Assembly (NCBI RefSeq): GCF_009914755.1
Contig: NC_060933.1
Strand: one strand, 5' to 3'
Source of the DNA: the human T2T-CHM13v2.0 reference genome, Homo sapiens
Length of the DNA stretch: 64,000 nt
Part shown: one piece after another, positions 48,501 through 64,000 of the stretch
Layout: each line of letters opens with the position of its first letter
How positions within the stretch are numbered: the stretch's first letter is position 1
The notes under the pieces: generated by a model
Seen by the model: only the letters and a program-made list of their open reading frames with translations
The model's database searches: none
Told to the model about the DNA's origin: nothing
Program-made: the position numbers and the translations under genes

Positions 48501-51500
48501 CCCTTTGGCAACACTGCTGAAATAAATCTCTTATAGTTCAAGATGTATTGATAAGCATGTTAAGCTTATTTTTATACATGAAGAACAACAAATTGTTATT
48601 TTCTATGGTTATTCACAGTATCTCAAAATCTATGTGATATTTTACTAGCTTAGTTTTATTATAATTTTAAAAGACCATTTGGGTTCCTTTGTTAGTGGAC
48701 AAGAATAAAAAGAGATAAATTAGTTACTTTCTTAAAGCTAAGCAACATCATTTTCTATTGAGGAACCCAAAACTTTCCTAACTTTTACAAATGTTTGTAA
48801 ATTGTAGGTTCTGTGACAGCCAGTGCTATAAAATTTCATAAGCTTATAAGAGCTTTCTTAACACAGCTGTGGACTTTTCTCCTGGTGTTGTACAGCAGTT
48901 CAAATTAGCTCAAGAATCATAAACCCTATATTTGAACAGCTATATAATATTATATATTTATTTTCCCATTTGATGTTGCATTACTTTTTCTACCAATCTT
49001 CTTACAATAAATTCATAAATATCTTAATTATAGCAAATGTGAAGTTCTTAAAGATGAGAATCATCAAACATATTTCTATTACAGAGATATATTCTTCAAA
49101 AAGTCATCTAAAATAGAAACCCAACTGGGAGACACCTTAAAAGGTTATCTGCCACAACAGAAGCTTTGCTTAAAATACTGTTCTCTTTGTATTTGTGTTA
49201 ATAATTGATTTGTCTTTGAAATTAAATTAGGAATCTACTATATCTAGTGGTCTTGAAATCAAAGCCCCCTCCCCATTCCTTATCTTCACTGCTGTGTTCA
49301 AAAAGACTAGACTCCAGGGACGTGTCCAAAGCTGGGTTAAATATAGGATGCCTGAGAGACACCCTTCTTTCATAGTTCGAGGGTAAGCATGTAGCTGTAT
49401 GTGTGTGGAGGGGCGGGTGGAGGAGGTTAGCTGTATCAGGGTAGGCATAATACTATATTTTAAATCCCTCCTTCTGTTATAAATGTAAGCTGAAAATAGT
49501 CTCTGCTCCCAGCGGCAGCAATCGTAAACTCGCTTAGTTCTGCCTGTAATTTAATTTAATTTAACATGTGACATTGAGACAATGTTTCTTTTAATTCACA
49601 TATAACTTCTTCCTCACCCACATTCCAGCCAAATAAACACATACTTATAGAAAAATGTGACTGTTTTCCTGGGCATCCCAACAATTCAACTGTCCCTAAA
49701 ACACCAGGTTCAATTTAAACTCTATTAGCTTGTCTGAGGGCTAAGATATCTAAAAATCCAAGACAAATTATCATTTGCGTATATGGAGGCAGCTCTGATT
49801 GAACAGATATCTAAAACGGTTAGGTAATATTTTAGATCAAATCACTCCATCAAGTCAAAGACTAATTCAACTGTTTGTTCAGTTTCCAAAGGAATCCTTC
49901 CATTTTGGTCTAGTGTTCCATAAACATTGACTTTACATGAAAAGGACAGTGAAGAGATCTCTTGAACCGGCCAGAAAGTTGAAGCTCAAGGTTGTAGAAG
50001 ATTTGAGCTACCAAGTCCAAGCCTTCTAAAAGATTCCCAATATGTATATATATCATTTTCCTAACTCTACATTTGCCTGAGAAACAATGACATTCAATAA
50101 ACTTTTTTCCATGGGATTTAGTTACAAAATAAGTCAAGGAACTACAAGTTATATATTTCCTGGAAAAATATACTATTATATATATATATTATATATTCAA
50201 AACTCCGTAAAGCATATAAAGTATAAGCATATACTGAGTTATAAGGCATAACTCAACATGTTATTTTAACCTAAAATTTTCTTAGGGCCTCAATTGCAAA
50301 TGCTTTAATTGCCAATGGTTCATAAACACATCTGTGAATTAGAAGCAAGTAATATCCTCTGTTTTTATACTCTCAAAAAATGTGATTATACTTAATCAAA
50401 AGTAATTCAAACCACAGCCCAGGCAATACATACTAGACCATGTCTTCTTGGTAATTTAATTCTTAGCAATAATTTTAATTGCTGCCTTATTAAGTAGGTA
50501 TGCTACTTAAATTACAATCCTGTAGTTATAAGGTTAAAACTATTTTAAAATCTCAAATGTTTTTAGATTTCAATCACTCTTCGTATTATTACAACAAAAA
50601 TGTTCATTAACTGGAACACATGCAGTATCATTTTTTAGCCCCCACTTTATGATATTTTTTAATTTTTATTACCAGAGTAGTCATTTCATTATAAAATTTT
50701 AACCAAGCTAAGCATATACTCCATTTTTTAGAAAACTAGATTTACTGTAGTCCTGTTAAGGCTATCATAGTAAGCAATGAATTTCACACTTGTCTTTTAT
50801 ACAGTACAACACATCAAGCAGATATATGAAATCCTTGACAAAAGACATTTAAAACAAACAATTCCATGCTTTATATGTCAAGTGAAAAGGAATATTTTTT
50901 CTACAGTGACAGAGCAGACTTGACATGTGCACAATCATGTACAACCAAGCGTTTGCAAATGCTCTTACAACGTGGAGCAACCGGGCCTAGGGACAAGCAA
51001 CCTTTCAGCTAAGAGTCTCGTCAAAGGTGCGGAAGCCCATTACAGAAGACCAGATAACAGTCAGTCTGACGGGTTCATTCAGATATTCAAGCTTTAAAAA
51101 GTACTTTGAAGACTGATACAGATGTCCTAGGCAATAAACTTCCCGAAAAGAATGGGGAACAATCCCAGTGCCAATCACATCTTTGTCATTCAGAAATCCA
51201 GGCTAATTTGATTTAGAGACATACATAAATGAACTGTTATTTCTCATAACTGTTTTTTTTCAGCCTCTTTATTTTTAATCTACATCTCTTAGGTAAAATG
51301 CATCAATTTAACTACATTTACTTATTCTGAGTTTTTCTATTGGTCCATGTTTCCTTTAAACACAATTTTGAATGGTTTTTTAAAGTAACCATTTGATTTT
51401 GAAACCAATTTACAGAAAACATGGAAGAACTACGCTAATATGCTGTATCACCCCTGAATACTTCAATGTACATTTCCTACAACAAAGATGTTCTCCTATA

Positions 51501-52043
51501 TAACCATAATATGATCATCCCAGTCATCATGGATAAAGTTCCAATATTTAATCCCCAATCTTGTTCAAGTTGCACCAATTCCCAATCATGTCCTTTATAA
51601 CATAAGCATTTAATGCAGAGTAGTATTTAGTTGCCTTGTTTTCTTAGCCTCCGTCAATCTGGAATGCCTCCTTCCTCACTCCACTCAACCTCTGACAACT
51701 TGCTATAGGTCACCACCAGTGCTGTCTCCTGTCTCTCCAGGTCCCCACCCTTGCTACACTGTGGATGCTTTCCTTACCCTGCTGGTTTCTGAATGCTCTG
51801 CCACGGTCCTGGGCCTCCCCACTTACCCAGCATGGATGCCTAAGCTGAACTGAATGACCTTGGACTGAATTGTTCAAAAAGAGAAGGGGAGAGGAAGAGG
51901 AAGAAGAACGCCAAGTAATTTGATTTTTCTTTTTTCATGATCAAACCAATGTCTTGGAATTGATTATCACTTCCATGGGCTACTTATGCTCCGTACTGTT
52001 TGTATAGAGTTTGGTGAAAATGAATAAAGGCAACTGAACTACA

Positions 52044-52290
52044 TTTTTTGGTTTTTTTTTTGAGACAGAGTCTCACTCTGTCACCCAGGCTGGAGTGCAG
52101 TGGCACGATCTCAGCTCACTGCCTCCTCACAGGCACCTGCCACCATGCCCTGAAATTTTTTCATATTTTTAGTAGAGACGGGGTTTCACCGTGTTGTCCA
52201 GCCTGGTTTCGAACTCCCGACCTCAACTGATCCACCCACCTCAGCCTCCCAAAGTGCTGGGATTACAGGTGTGAGCCACCGCGCCTGGCC
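52044..52290 (-). mobile_element. AluS with internal right-arm deletion
   Basis: gctcactgcctcctcacaggc junction; TSD-like tgaactacattttt / tgaactccattttt. Confidence 0.9.
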
Positions 52291-52912
52291 TGAACTCCAT
52301 TTTTTATAGAGTACCATTTGACACTAAAATTAAGAGTCTGTTACTCATCTGCAGAATCTCTCTTTAAATGGTATTACTAAAAGGTCCAAAATGAAACATC
52401 TGTAAAAATAATTATTCCTACACTCTGTGAGATCTCTTTCCTGACACATTTCACATCTAAGTGAGTTCCCTAACTAACCCACACACACTCTATAGTAGGC
52501 TTACCCTTCTTTCCCCAGGCTGGCTGGCGAACTTGCAAAACATAACCATTTAGGGGAAAAAATTGAGGCAATTAAAATTAAAAGTGTTTTAGGCTAAGTA
52601 ATGAATAAATTAACCCACTGAAAAGTTACATCAAAGGCTATTACTCAGCATTTTACCAGTTACAGGAATTTCTGCAAAATCTGCCCAGCCATTTGTTTGT
52701 GTATCCCTGGGATCAGTGCCCAGCGTTCAATCTTTCTCTTGATGCTTCCTGCTGTTTTCAGGGACTCAATGAGAGCAGTAAGTGACCTTTCACTCACTGC
52801 AAGTCTATGGGCACTGAAGTTAGGAAAATATTTCCCTTCATGCAGAATCTTCCTAACAAAGCTTTCCCATGTATTTGTCGGGTCAAATAACATTCAGATA
52901 AACTGCACATAA

Positions 52913-53257
<345 letters not shown>

Positions 53258-55325
53258 TGAAGAGCCATTTCATGCCATCATCAACAGGCTGCCTTCGTGG
53301 GTGGCCAATGTGCTTCTGGAAAACCAGCTGTGAATAACGTGAGCAACTCATGGTGTCTTCATGAGAAGGAAACTTTTAGATGTCCTTATTGACTTTCTTC
53401 TTGGTATTGAAGGTGGTATAATTATTACAGTTACATAGTTTTATCTGGAAGAATTACTTGATCTAAAAGGTAATTTAAAATTAGTAAAATTTATTAGATA
53501 TGAGGATACTAAGTTTCATCAACGAAAGAAGACTGAAAACACCCACAGTAGTAGTATTGAAATTTTACGTGTCACTCAGCAACTCGCGAGAGTCCCGTCT
53601 GGTGCTGAGTCCATTTGGAATATCTGTCCCTGCCCTCCCCTCCTCCAAAAAGAATGTTCACTATAAACGAGAAGAGCTTAATTTCTATGGGCTTTGTAAT
53701 CCTTCCACTGGATTCCAAGCAAAATAACTACCAATACAACTAATCCTGAGAATAAAAAGTAATCACAACTATGCAACAAAAACAGGAAAGGTGGTGGCAG
53801 GGTCTCACTCAGATTTCATTGCTTTGCTTTTCTCCAGGAAGGTCTTTTTGAAGCCCTGTTTATTCAATAGTAAGAGTGACCTCTAGTGACTTTTTTTGTT
53901 GTTGTATTTTGCCAGTTGATTGGTCAATTACTCTAGCATGCCTTTCTATAAGTAACTCATTTATATGTTTATTTAAGCCAAACGGCAATTTCCATTACAA
54001 GACCCAAGGATTTTGATTTAAGTAACAACGTTTTATTCACAAAGCCTTCTCACAAAAGCAGATTAAAGTTGAATCTGAAACACGGTACAGCATCTGACCA
54101 AAGGAATCCGGAGCTTGTTTTTTGGAAGGGCACACCAAGTGTAGGATTAACTGAGGCGCAACTGAATCATGATGCACAGTGAGTTCATGAACCCATGTGC
54201 GTGCCCTGTGTGTGAAGAACCAACCCACCCTTGAGCCCGCGGGCAGAACAGCACTGAGCTACGGCAAACTTTTCATGACAGCTTAGGAGAACTGCTGAAA
54301 GCTACCCTTGGTTATCCTGCAATAATCTAAATTTCCAAACATGGCCACTGGCGTTTATTGGAACTTATTTCGAAAGAGATTTTGGTAGGAGAGGGCTGAG
54401 GCTGACAGCGGGGAGATGCCACTGAAAGAAAAATAAAAGTGATTTGAGAAGGAAGAGGAAGACATTTTAAAAATTCTAATCTCATGGTTTGATTAATCAA
54501 GAAAGAAAGACAACTCTCTGATAGAGATTTACTCCAAGCCAAAAAAAAATGTGCAATGTTGTGCAAACATTTTTATGTGTGATAAAATATGGGTACATTA
54601 TGTTTTGCTCATCTGTCTGGAATATCATCATTACATTAGAATCATAGCCCATTCTAGAAATAAAGGCTTCCTAGGTGTTTACCAAATTAAGGAAAATAAA
54701 AAACAGGGAACCTGATGGCAAATTAAATAATGTAAAATATTAGCATCCAGAGAGGAATCATTTTCAAGATCACCTAAATGACTGGCTGAGTTTTGTCTTT
54801 AAGCAAGAACTTTCTACTATGAGAAACGAAGCCCCTGACAGGGGTGTTCAAGTGTTATTCCCTTAGTAGTTAGGACAGGTTATTAATTTAGTTTCACCTA
54901 CAGGCGCTCTGTCCCTATACTGCATGGAAGTTAATTAGCATTTTAACTCTGAAGCTGCCAAGGTCGGCAAAACTGTAAGCTGCTAACATCTAAGTTGATG
55001 CAGTATGATGTAATGTCTGCCAGTTTTTTCCCTGTTAGACTTAATTCCTACAAAATATTACAATCCTAAAAAGGAATAAATGACAGCATTTGCAGGCTAA
55101 TCTCTTATTAAGATGCTTTTCAGGTTTTACAGAAACGTCCACTTTCTCAATGAATATTCAAGTACATCGATTAAAAAGTCAAAACATGCATGGTATATCT
55201 TAGACTCCCCCACAAGAGGAAAGTCTATTGTAAACAAAATCGTCTTTTTCGGGTTGCAATTCCAAATTTTTTTTAAGGTTCTTCATGTTCAGGAGCATGT
55301 TCTGCAATTCCACTTCCAAATATTA

Positions 55326-56210
<885 letters not shown>

Positions 56211-56498
56211 AAGCCTTTATTTAAAGTTTTAATATTTTGTCTATCATGGGTTTTTTTTTTCTTTGCGATTACATTCAATTTTAAAACTATTTCATTCATT
56301 CAGGATTAGCGTTACTTAACAGTTGCTCCTGAGACTAGTGCGTTAGTCCCTTCACCCTAGTCCTGGCCTTGGTGGAAGTCTAAAATTTACGTTTTATTCC
56401 AGCTTTCTGTCCAAAAGAGCAACCCCTGCAAGTGTAGGATGAGGAGCTCAGTCCAGCAGCAGCTAACACTGCACTCCTTGCGTGCCTACTGTGTGCTA

Positions 56499-56530
56499 GA
56501 GGGAGGGGCGGAGGCAGGGGGCGGGGGGGG
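56499..56530. promoter_or_regulatory. Distal GC-box cluster / G-quadruplex-like motif about 1 kb upstream of the ATG
   Basis: GGGAGGGGCGGAGGCAGGGGGCGGGGGGGG contains two GGGCGG boxes and four G-runs of 3 or more. Confidence 0.4.
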
Positions 56531-56722
56531 TCTTTCTCTTTTTCTCTTCCTCTGCTTCTCAAATTCACAGTAGGGGCAAAGATTGACAAACTCACTCACA
56601 TTACCACCACCGCGAGTTTCCAAAAAAGAAAAAAGAAAGAAAGATACTTTTTTAGATGGTATCTCTAAGAAATAGTGTATTAATCTTCCCTTTGGAAAGA
56701 CAACTTTGAAAGGCTTTTTCAT

Positions 56723-56781
56723 TAAAATGAATTCAAATGTAATAGATGTAAAATGTAAAATGAATTCAAATGTAATAGATG
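56723..56781. repeat. Perfect 26-bp direct repeat separated by a 7-bp partial copy
   Basis: taaaatgaattcaaatgtaatagatg - taaaatg - taaaatgaattcaaatgtaatagatg. Confidence 0.9.
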
Positions 56782-57047
56782 AAGAATCTTACAAAGTCAT
56801 TCTTGAATTATTAATTGGGTTCACTTAAACTACTTTTGCACAAGAACTCTGTAAATAGCACGTCTTTTATTACAGAAAAAATTATAAATCTAAAGTTTTG
56901 ATTGACAGATCAGTTGCCTTCAGTGAGACAGAAAGAGAGAAAATGGAAATCATTTTCTAAATTGGACCTAGAGTAAAACAACAAATGTCAATCTATTATT
57001 ATACCAATTTGTCAGGCATCAGATGGAGTCTTTAAAAATGTGAACTT

Positions 57048-57339
57048 GGCCGGGTGCAGTGGCTCATGCCTGTAATCTCAGCACTTTGGGAGGCGGAGGA
57101 GGCCAAGAGGTCAGGAGATGGAGCCCATCCTGGCCAACACGGTGAAACCCTGTCTCTATTAAAATACAAAAAATTAACCGGGCGTGGTGGTGCCTGCCTG
57201 TAGTCCCAGCTACTCGGGAGGCTGAGGCAGGAGAATTGCTTGAACCCGGGAGGCAGAGGTTGCAGCAAGCCAACATTGCACCCTGCACTCCAGCTTGGCG
57301 ACAGAGCCAGACTCCGTCTCAAGACAAAAAAAAAAAAAA
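57048..57339 (+). mobile_element. AluS
   Basis: Full dimer; gtgaactt at both flanks. Confidence 0.92.
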
Positions 57340-58510
57340 GTGAACTTGGGTGTTCAAAGTGTTAGGCTTAATGGAGAAAGGCCAAGAAACTTCTACGGTG
57401 GTAGACATTTGCAATTAAAACAAAATGGCTTCATTAAACTGTAAAATCACTAGCGTAGTGAGGGTGCATGCATTTTTTACAACATTGGAGGAATATATTT
57501 ATGAATATTATTCCCAATACATAAAATATACATTTTACACACTTATAGGTACACTCAAAATTTGTTCCAAATTGTTCATGTCTAGTAAATGTATATACAC
57601 TATTTTATATGGTTAAGCCAATAAGCATCAGCATTTTCTTCTAAGACAGGAGGCTTGTAATTGTTTTGATTCCCCTGCTTTTGACTTAAAACTTATTTAG
57701 GTTTATTCTACTTAAGTTGTTTGGTTAGGGGACTTGAAGTCCTTAAACATAAATGTGTGTCTTGAAATGCATTTTATGTGGCTATACTTGCTGCTATATG
57801 GTTATTATTTAAATCAGCATAGACACTTGCTGTGGTGATAATGCTGGCAATGAACTTTGCAGACTAAGAGTAGTGAGGCTCTAAAAATTACTTTGCCTAG
57901 TAGAGAAGCATCCGTCACAATCATCACACACTACACACTTACTGAACAAATGAAGACATGAATTCGAGATGGCCGATGTAACTAGAACACTGGATGTCCC
58001 AGAAAAAATATCGAATATCACAAATATAAATGTTTTATGTGTTGCTGCTTTATTTCCTTTCTTCCCTACTTTCCATGATAATGCAATTTAAACTTTGAAA
58101 CTTCTTACCTTCTATTTAACCTTAACATGGATAATAAATACAATTATATTTTTTATTTCAATCTGGATAATGGTTGTATGATTCAACCAGAATAAGAAAG
58201 GAATAAGATCTACTTTGCAATAGCACATATTTAGGAAGTGAGTATATTTATATTGGAACAAATGATGATACTGAGGTGTGTTTGATGACTAGCTTCTGGA
58301 TTATAAGAATGTAAATGTTTGTTAAGACAGACTCTTTTGAAATTTGTTCTTGAATATTTTGAATTACAAAAGGAACATTTTTAAAAGAATTGTATAAAGA
58401 AAATGTTAATAATTGCCACTACCATCACCCCAACCCCACTGAGGTAACCAATGATACAAAACAGGCTGACAGGCTGGTATGTATCCTTATGTATCCTTGT
58501 TTTGGCTCTT

Positions 58511-58815
58511 CTTCTTCTTTTTTTTTTTGAGACAGAGTCTCGCTCTGTCGCCTAGACTGGAGTGCAGTAGTGGTGTGATCTTCGCTCACTGCAACCTCTG
58601 CCTCCCAGGTTCAAGCAATTCTTGTGCCTCAGCCTCCTGAGAAGCTGGGAGAACAAGTGAGTGCCACCACACCCGGCTAAGTTTTTGTATTTTTGGTAGG
58701 GACAAGGTTTTTCCATGTTGCCCAGGCTGGTCTCGAACTTCCTGAGCTCAAGTGATCCACCCGCCTTGGCCTCCCAAAGTCTTGAGATTACAGGCGTGAG
58801 CCATCACACCCGGCC
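58511..58815 (-). mobile_element. AluJ/S
   Basis: Full dimer; TSD ttggctctt. Confidence 0.9.
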
Positions 58816-59532
58816 TTGGCTCTTATATATAAACACATACAACCTGTACATAGAGTTGTGCTTATTTTGTTTCAATAAGGTTTTACCTTGTACTTTATAC
58901 TCTCATCCTGCAATTTTATCGTCTCTCTTTGTAGTATACCGTGTGCATTGCAGTCTAAGCTAGAACTTAGTTTTCAGTTCTAGAAAATAGAGTGAGAATA
59001 CAAAAATATAACATTTGCCTGCCAATCTAATAGCATTTTAATTCCTAAATAGATCTACTTTCACAAATATGCTACTTCTCAAAGAATTATTTTTCTTATG
59101 ATATTTTTCTAAGCAATGCAATGTGATATTAGTCAGATTTTTAAAATGCACTACTGCATTAGTCAAGGCCCAGAAAGAAAGCATGATTTGCTCAGATAGT
59201 TTAAAGGGACAGGCTGAAAAGAAAAGTGAAGGGACCCACCAGGTGACATTGTGGCAACCAAAGACAAGCACTAGCAGAAAGCCTTTACTACCTACAGCAG
59301 AGGCGCAGAGGGAGGAACGGTTGCTGCCAGATCCCCAGAAGGCAGCAGCCGGGGAACACAAAGGTCTGGCAGGAGCCACAGTCATAGAAGTAAAAGAATT
59401 TTCTTGTCAGAACCTGGAAACAGGAGTGAGTAGGGAAGAAACTTTTTGAGCTCTGACTTCTGAAACCTTACTGTTTCTGTGGGTGTCTCTCATTAGCCAA
59501 AACCAACTGGAAGTCAGCTGGGAGGGGAGCAA

Positions 59533-59592
59533 GGTGACACTCGAGCAGGAAGGGTGACACTCGGGCAGGAAGGGTGACACTGGGGCTGGAAG
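59533..59592. repeat. 20-bp minisatellite, about 3 units
   Basis: ggtgacactcg(a/g)gcaggaag x2 plus a diverged third unit. Confidence 0.85.
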
Positions 59593-60459
59593 AGTAGAGG
59601 GTGGTTCTGAGGACCTCCACAAAGAATGGCCAGCACATCCTAGAACACTGACACTTACCAAATTTTTAAAAAAAGTTTATTTTTGTTTTGTGCATTCATG
59701 TTCTTTTATGAATGATTTATCAAGTAATGGCTTGGAATAGAAATCTAAAGCTTTTATTTTTTAAATTGTGAACCGAAGTAATCGTACTTGCTAGAAATTA
59801 AACCAGAGCTTTGAGGTCAAATAGTTTACTCTTTCTTCTGTTTATATTAACAGGGAAGATTAATTGTGCCGAATATCGTAGTTTTGAATGGAGCTTTTTA
59901 TTAACTTCAACATCAGGAAATCACCAGAGTCCACCTACCTTTCCTTATTTTTCACAGAAATAGAAAGATTGATGTTCTCATAGAGCAAAAAAGATGAGGT
60001 CTCACTTCTTGTGGCCTTCTGACATCCATCAATATTTTAGGAAAACAATTCTCACATTTCAGGGCCAATTGGGAATTAAGTTGAGCTCAAATACAAAGGG
60101 AAATATTTTTTATTAAAACTTTTTTTGTGCGAAATGAATTATAAATTTTATAAATTTTTTTGTGAAATGAATCAGCTAGCCTAAAATTTAATCCTTCCAA
60201 ACTACAGTAGGTTAAAAAAAACAAGTGAATGGTAAACAAGTTGAAATTTTCTTTCCAGTTTCTTATCACTGGCTAATTGGGAAGAATTGAAAAGTCAGAA
60301 GAGGAGAAAATTATAATCAATGCCTACTCCATTAAAAAATTGCTTAACTGTTTTATTGAAATTGATTCTATAGAGAGCCCCTGATTGCATATTTGATAAG
60401 GAACATTAATGCTAATACATGAAATACCCTATGTGCTCACGTATGAAAGAAACATTCTT

Positions 60460-60839
<380 letters not shown>

Positions 60840-62628
60840 TTAAACTTATAGAAAGAACAGGTAGTCACAGTTAGAATGTGATTTTAGGGGCTAGGAAATC
60901 AACCCCAGACTTCAGCAAATCAATGTTCTACCACTGAAGTGTGCTAATATTTAGTATGAAACCGCTTACGGATTTCAGATCTTTTCCTGAAAGCAAACTT
61001 TAATATAGCAGAAGTCATCTGGATTTGGGCTGGAGATGGGGAGAATGAGAGGAGGCAAGTACTATAAGGGGTGGAGTGTAGGGGTAGGAGAGAGTAAAGA
61101 AAGGCATTAATTAAATGTCAGAAGTGAATTTATTCATTTTGTAGTTTTATCTAAACTGAAAACTGATCCTTGCTTGAATGGCTTGATAGAGAATGCGTCT
61201 CTCATGGGGCAAGGATAAAGCTATAATTATAAAACTTCAAGCTTAAAATAATGGGACTCAATGTTTGGGGCATCTTTTTAACTCCGCTAATCTAAGGATA
61301 TGAGAAAATACTGTTCCTATTTAAGGAGCAAAAATTGGTAGATACGTGTTTGGGAGAATTTTTGATTTGCCAGCATTTGTGTTTCAGAACACTAAACAGC
61401 CTCATGGCAAGCCTGAATTTCTGAATATAATGAAGCAGAGACTGTTTTGTCTTGAGTAGATCCAGTTCGTGAAGGCTCAGGGGAACAGCACGCTTCATGC
61501 CTGCCAGCAGATGAGCTTCGAAGTGCCTTAAGGAAGCACTTTGACCAGAAGGTAGATAACTCTTATTATAGAAGAAGAAGGAGTGTGTAATTCATCTCCT
61601 ACCGGTAAGAATAGTTATTGCTTTTGCAAACACTGTAAATGTGCAATCTAGAAGCTAGAAATAAGTACGCAGTTAGAAGGCAGTCTTTTTTTTCATATGT
61701 AGTGAAACTACTACACTTTCTGCAGTGGCAAATCTTAGCAGAGATTGTAAATCTAAGCAGAGAGGTATCCAGGATTGTGGTAGTCTACACTGAGTATGCC
61801 TACATGATGGTAGAGAAAAAAAAATGAAGATTACATGCAGGATAGCTCCCTAAGAATATCAGATAAGAACTTCTGCAGAACAACTTGTTATGCACCTTCT
61901 GGTCCAAATTTTCAAAGAAACTGCTGCCGGGTATAAGGATACAAAAAAAGAGAGAGAGAAAGGGAGAAAACAAACAAACAAAAATGACCCTGAAGTGATA
62001 ACATATTTGGCTGCACTTGTTATTTAGGAAAGTCTGTGACTCAGAAATGAGATGGTCTGGAGGGAGACTTTAGAAACAATAGCAAGACACGAAAGTTCTC
62101 TCGAAACCTTGGATCCCATTTTTCATAATAAACAGAATTATGTCTTTTTTGATTAGCTTGTGAAAATTATCTGAGAATAATTTATGAGAAGTTCCCACTG
62201 CTATAATATACTGAGTTCAATAAATTATTCATATTTTATTTTCATTAATTAAAATAAACCCAAATCCTATTAAGAACTTTTTCAAAGACTGATAACCATG
62301 ACTACAAAATGCTTTGTTGTCACATTTCTTTTCATGCCATAAATTAAATAGACTCTTCTTTGTCTCTAAAGGCTTTTTAAACATATTATGTTTCCCAGGA
62401 AAGGCTGCAGTTAAATGTTGGCATTTTGTCCTTATGTTCCTATAGTTTCCTGTTGTAGCAGTGTAGAATGAAGTTATGCCAGAATAATTTCCACATAAAT
62501 ATTGAATAAAGTGGACTTTTCATGGTTCAAAGAGTTTTGTGCCAATATGTTTCTTTTCTTAAGCGTTCAATGTAAATTTATGAAATTTTAATATTCTCTC
62601 ATAAACACCTAAGTGTAGTTGCCATTAA

Positions 62629-63255
<627 letters not shown>

Positions 63256-63452
63256 CAAATAAATTTTAAAGCCCTACATTCTTGGGCAAATTTTACCCTT
63301 AAACAAAAATTCAGCCAATTGTACTAATCCAATAAAGAGCCATTTTAGGGAGCCTAAAGTTTTTTTATGAAAGCTCTAGTTGAATCACATATCAAAGTAC
63401 TGGTCTATTAGGTTTCTTTTTTTCAGATATAAGTTAATTTTGATGTATTTTA

Positions 63453-63779
<327 letters not shown>

Positions 63780-63799
63780 GTCACCATTTTGAATGCTTA

Positions 63800-64000
63800 G
63801 ACACTACTGGTGGACATGTAAATTAGTTCAGTCAGTGTCAAAAGCAGTTTGGTGATTTCTCAAAGAACTCAAAACAGAATTACTATTCTACCCAGTAATG
63901 AGAATGGTAGACCTAGGCATGTGTATGTTCATTGCAGCACTATTCACAATAGCAAAGACATGGGATCAACCTAAATGCCCATCAATGGTAGACTGAATAA
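63800..64000 (+). mobile_element. L1PB/L1MA ORF2 3' fragment
   Basis: tttctcaaagaactcaaaacagaattac...gcagcactattcacaatagcaaagacatgg...aaatgcccatcaatggtagactg. Confidence 0.85.

Noticed and set aside
59533-59592. CRISPR-like or other prokaryotic arrays
   Set aside because: Head-to-tail repeat without spacers in clearly primate DNA; no tRNA, rRNA or CRISPR features seen in the window.
61480-61612. Possible plus-strand non-coding exon ending at CG|GTAAGA
   Set aside because: Only a donor-like motif; no acceptor, partner exon or transcript evidence.

Overview
Human (or closely related ape) genomic DNA containing the 5' end of a CNTNAP3-family gene (contactin-associated protein-like 3, Caspr3) on the minus strand. 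Visible parts are the CpG-island promoter and coding exon 1 (~55.4-56.2 kb), exon 2 (34325-34435) and exon 3 (6387-6580). Together they give an uninterrupted 130-codon frame encoding the signal peptide and most of the discoidin (F5/8 type C) domain. The rest is intron or upstream DNA rich in Alu, L1, L2, MIR, LTR and DNA-transposon remnants and microsatellites; nearly all other ORFs in the track are repeat-derived. I found no evidence of a new gene system. The most notable structures are: (i) a 5.7-kb L1PA whose 5'UTR is precisely spliced (SpIRE 97/622 type), lacks a TSD and may be a two-subfamily chimera; (ii) a near-identical 436-bp duplication pasted into an Alu so that direct repeats now flank the in-frame exon 2; (iii) a 70-bp inverted repeat enclosing a self-complementary microsatellite spacer; (iv) several small template-switch scars. 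Repeat subfamily names are from recalled consensus features, not from a database search.
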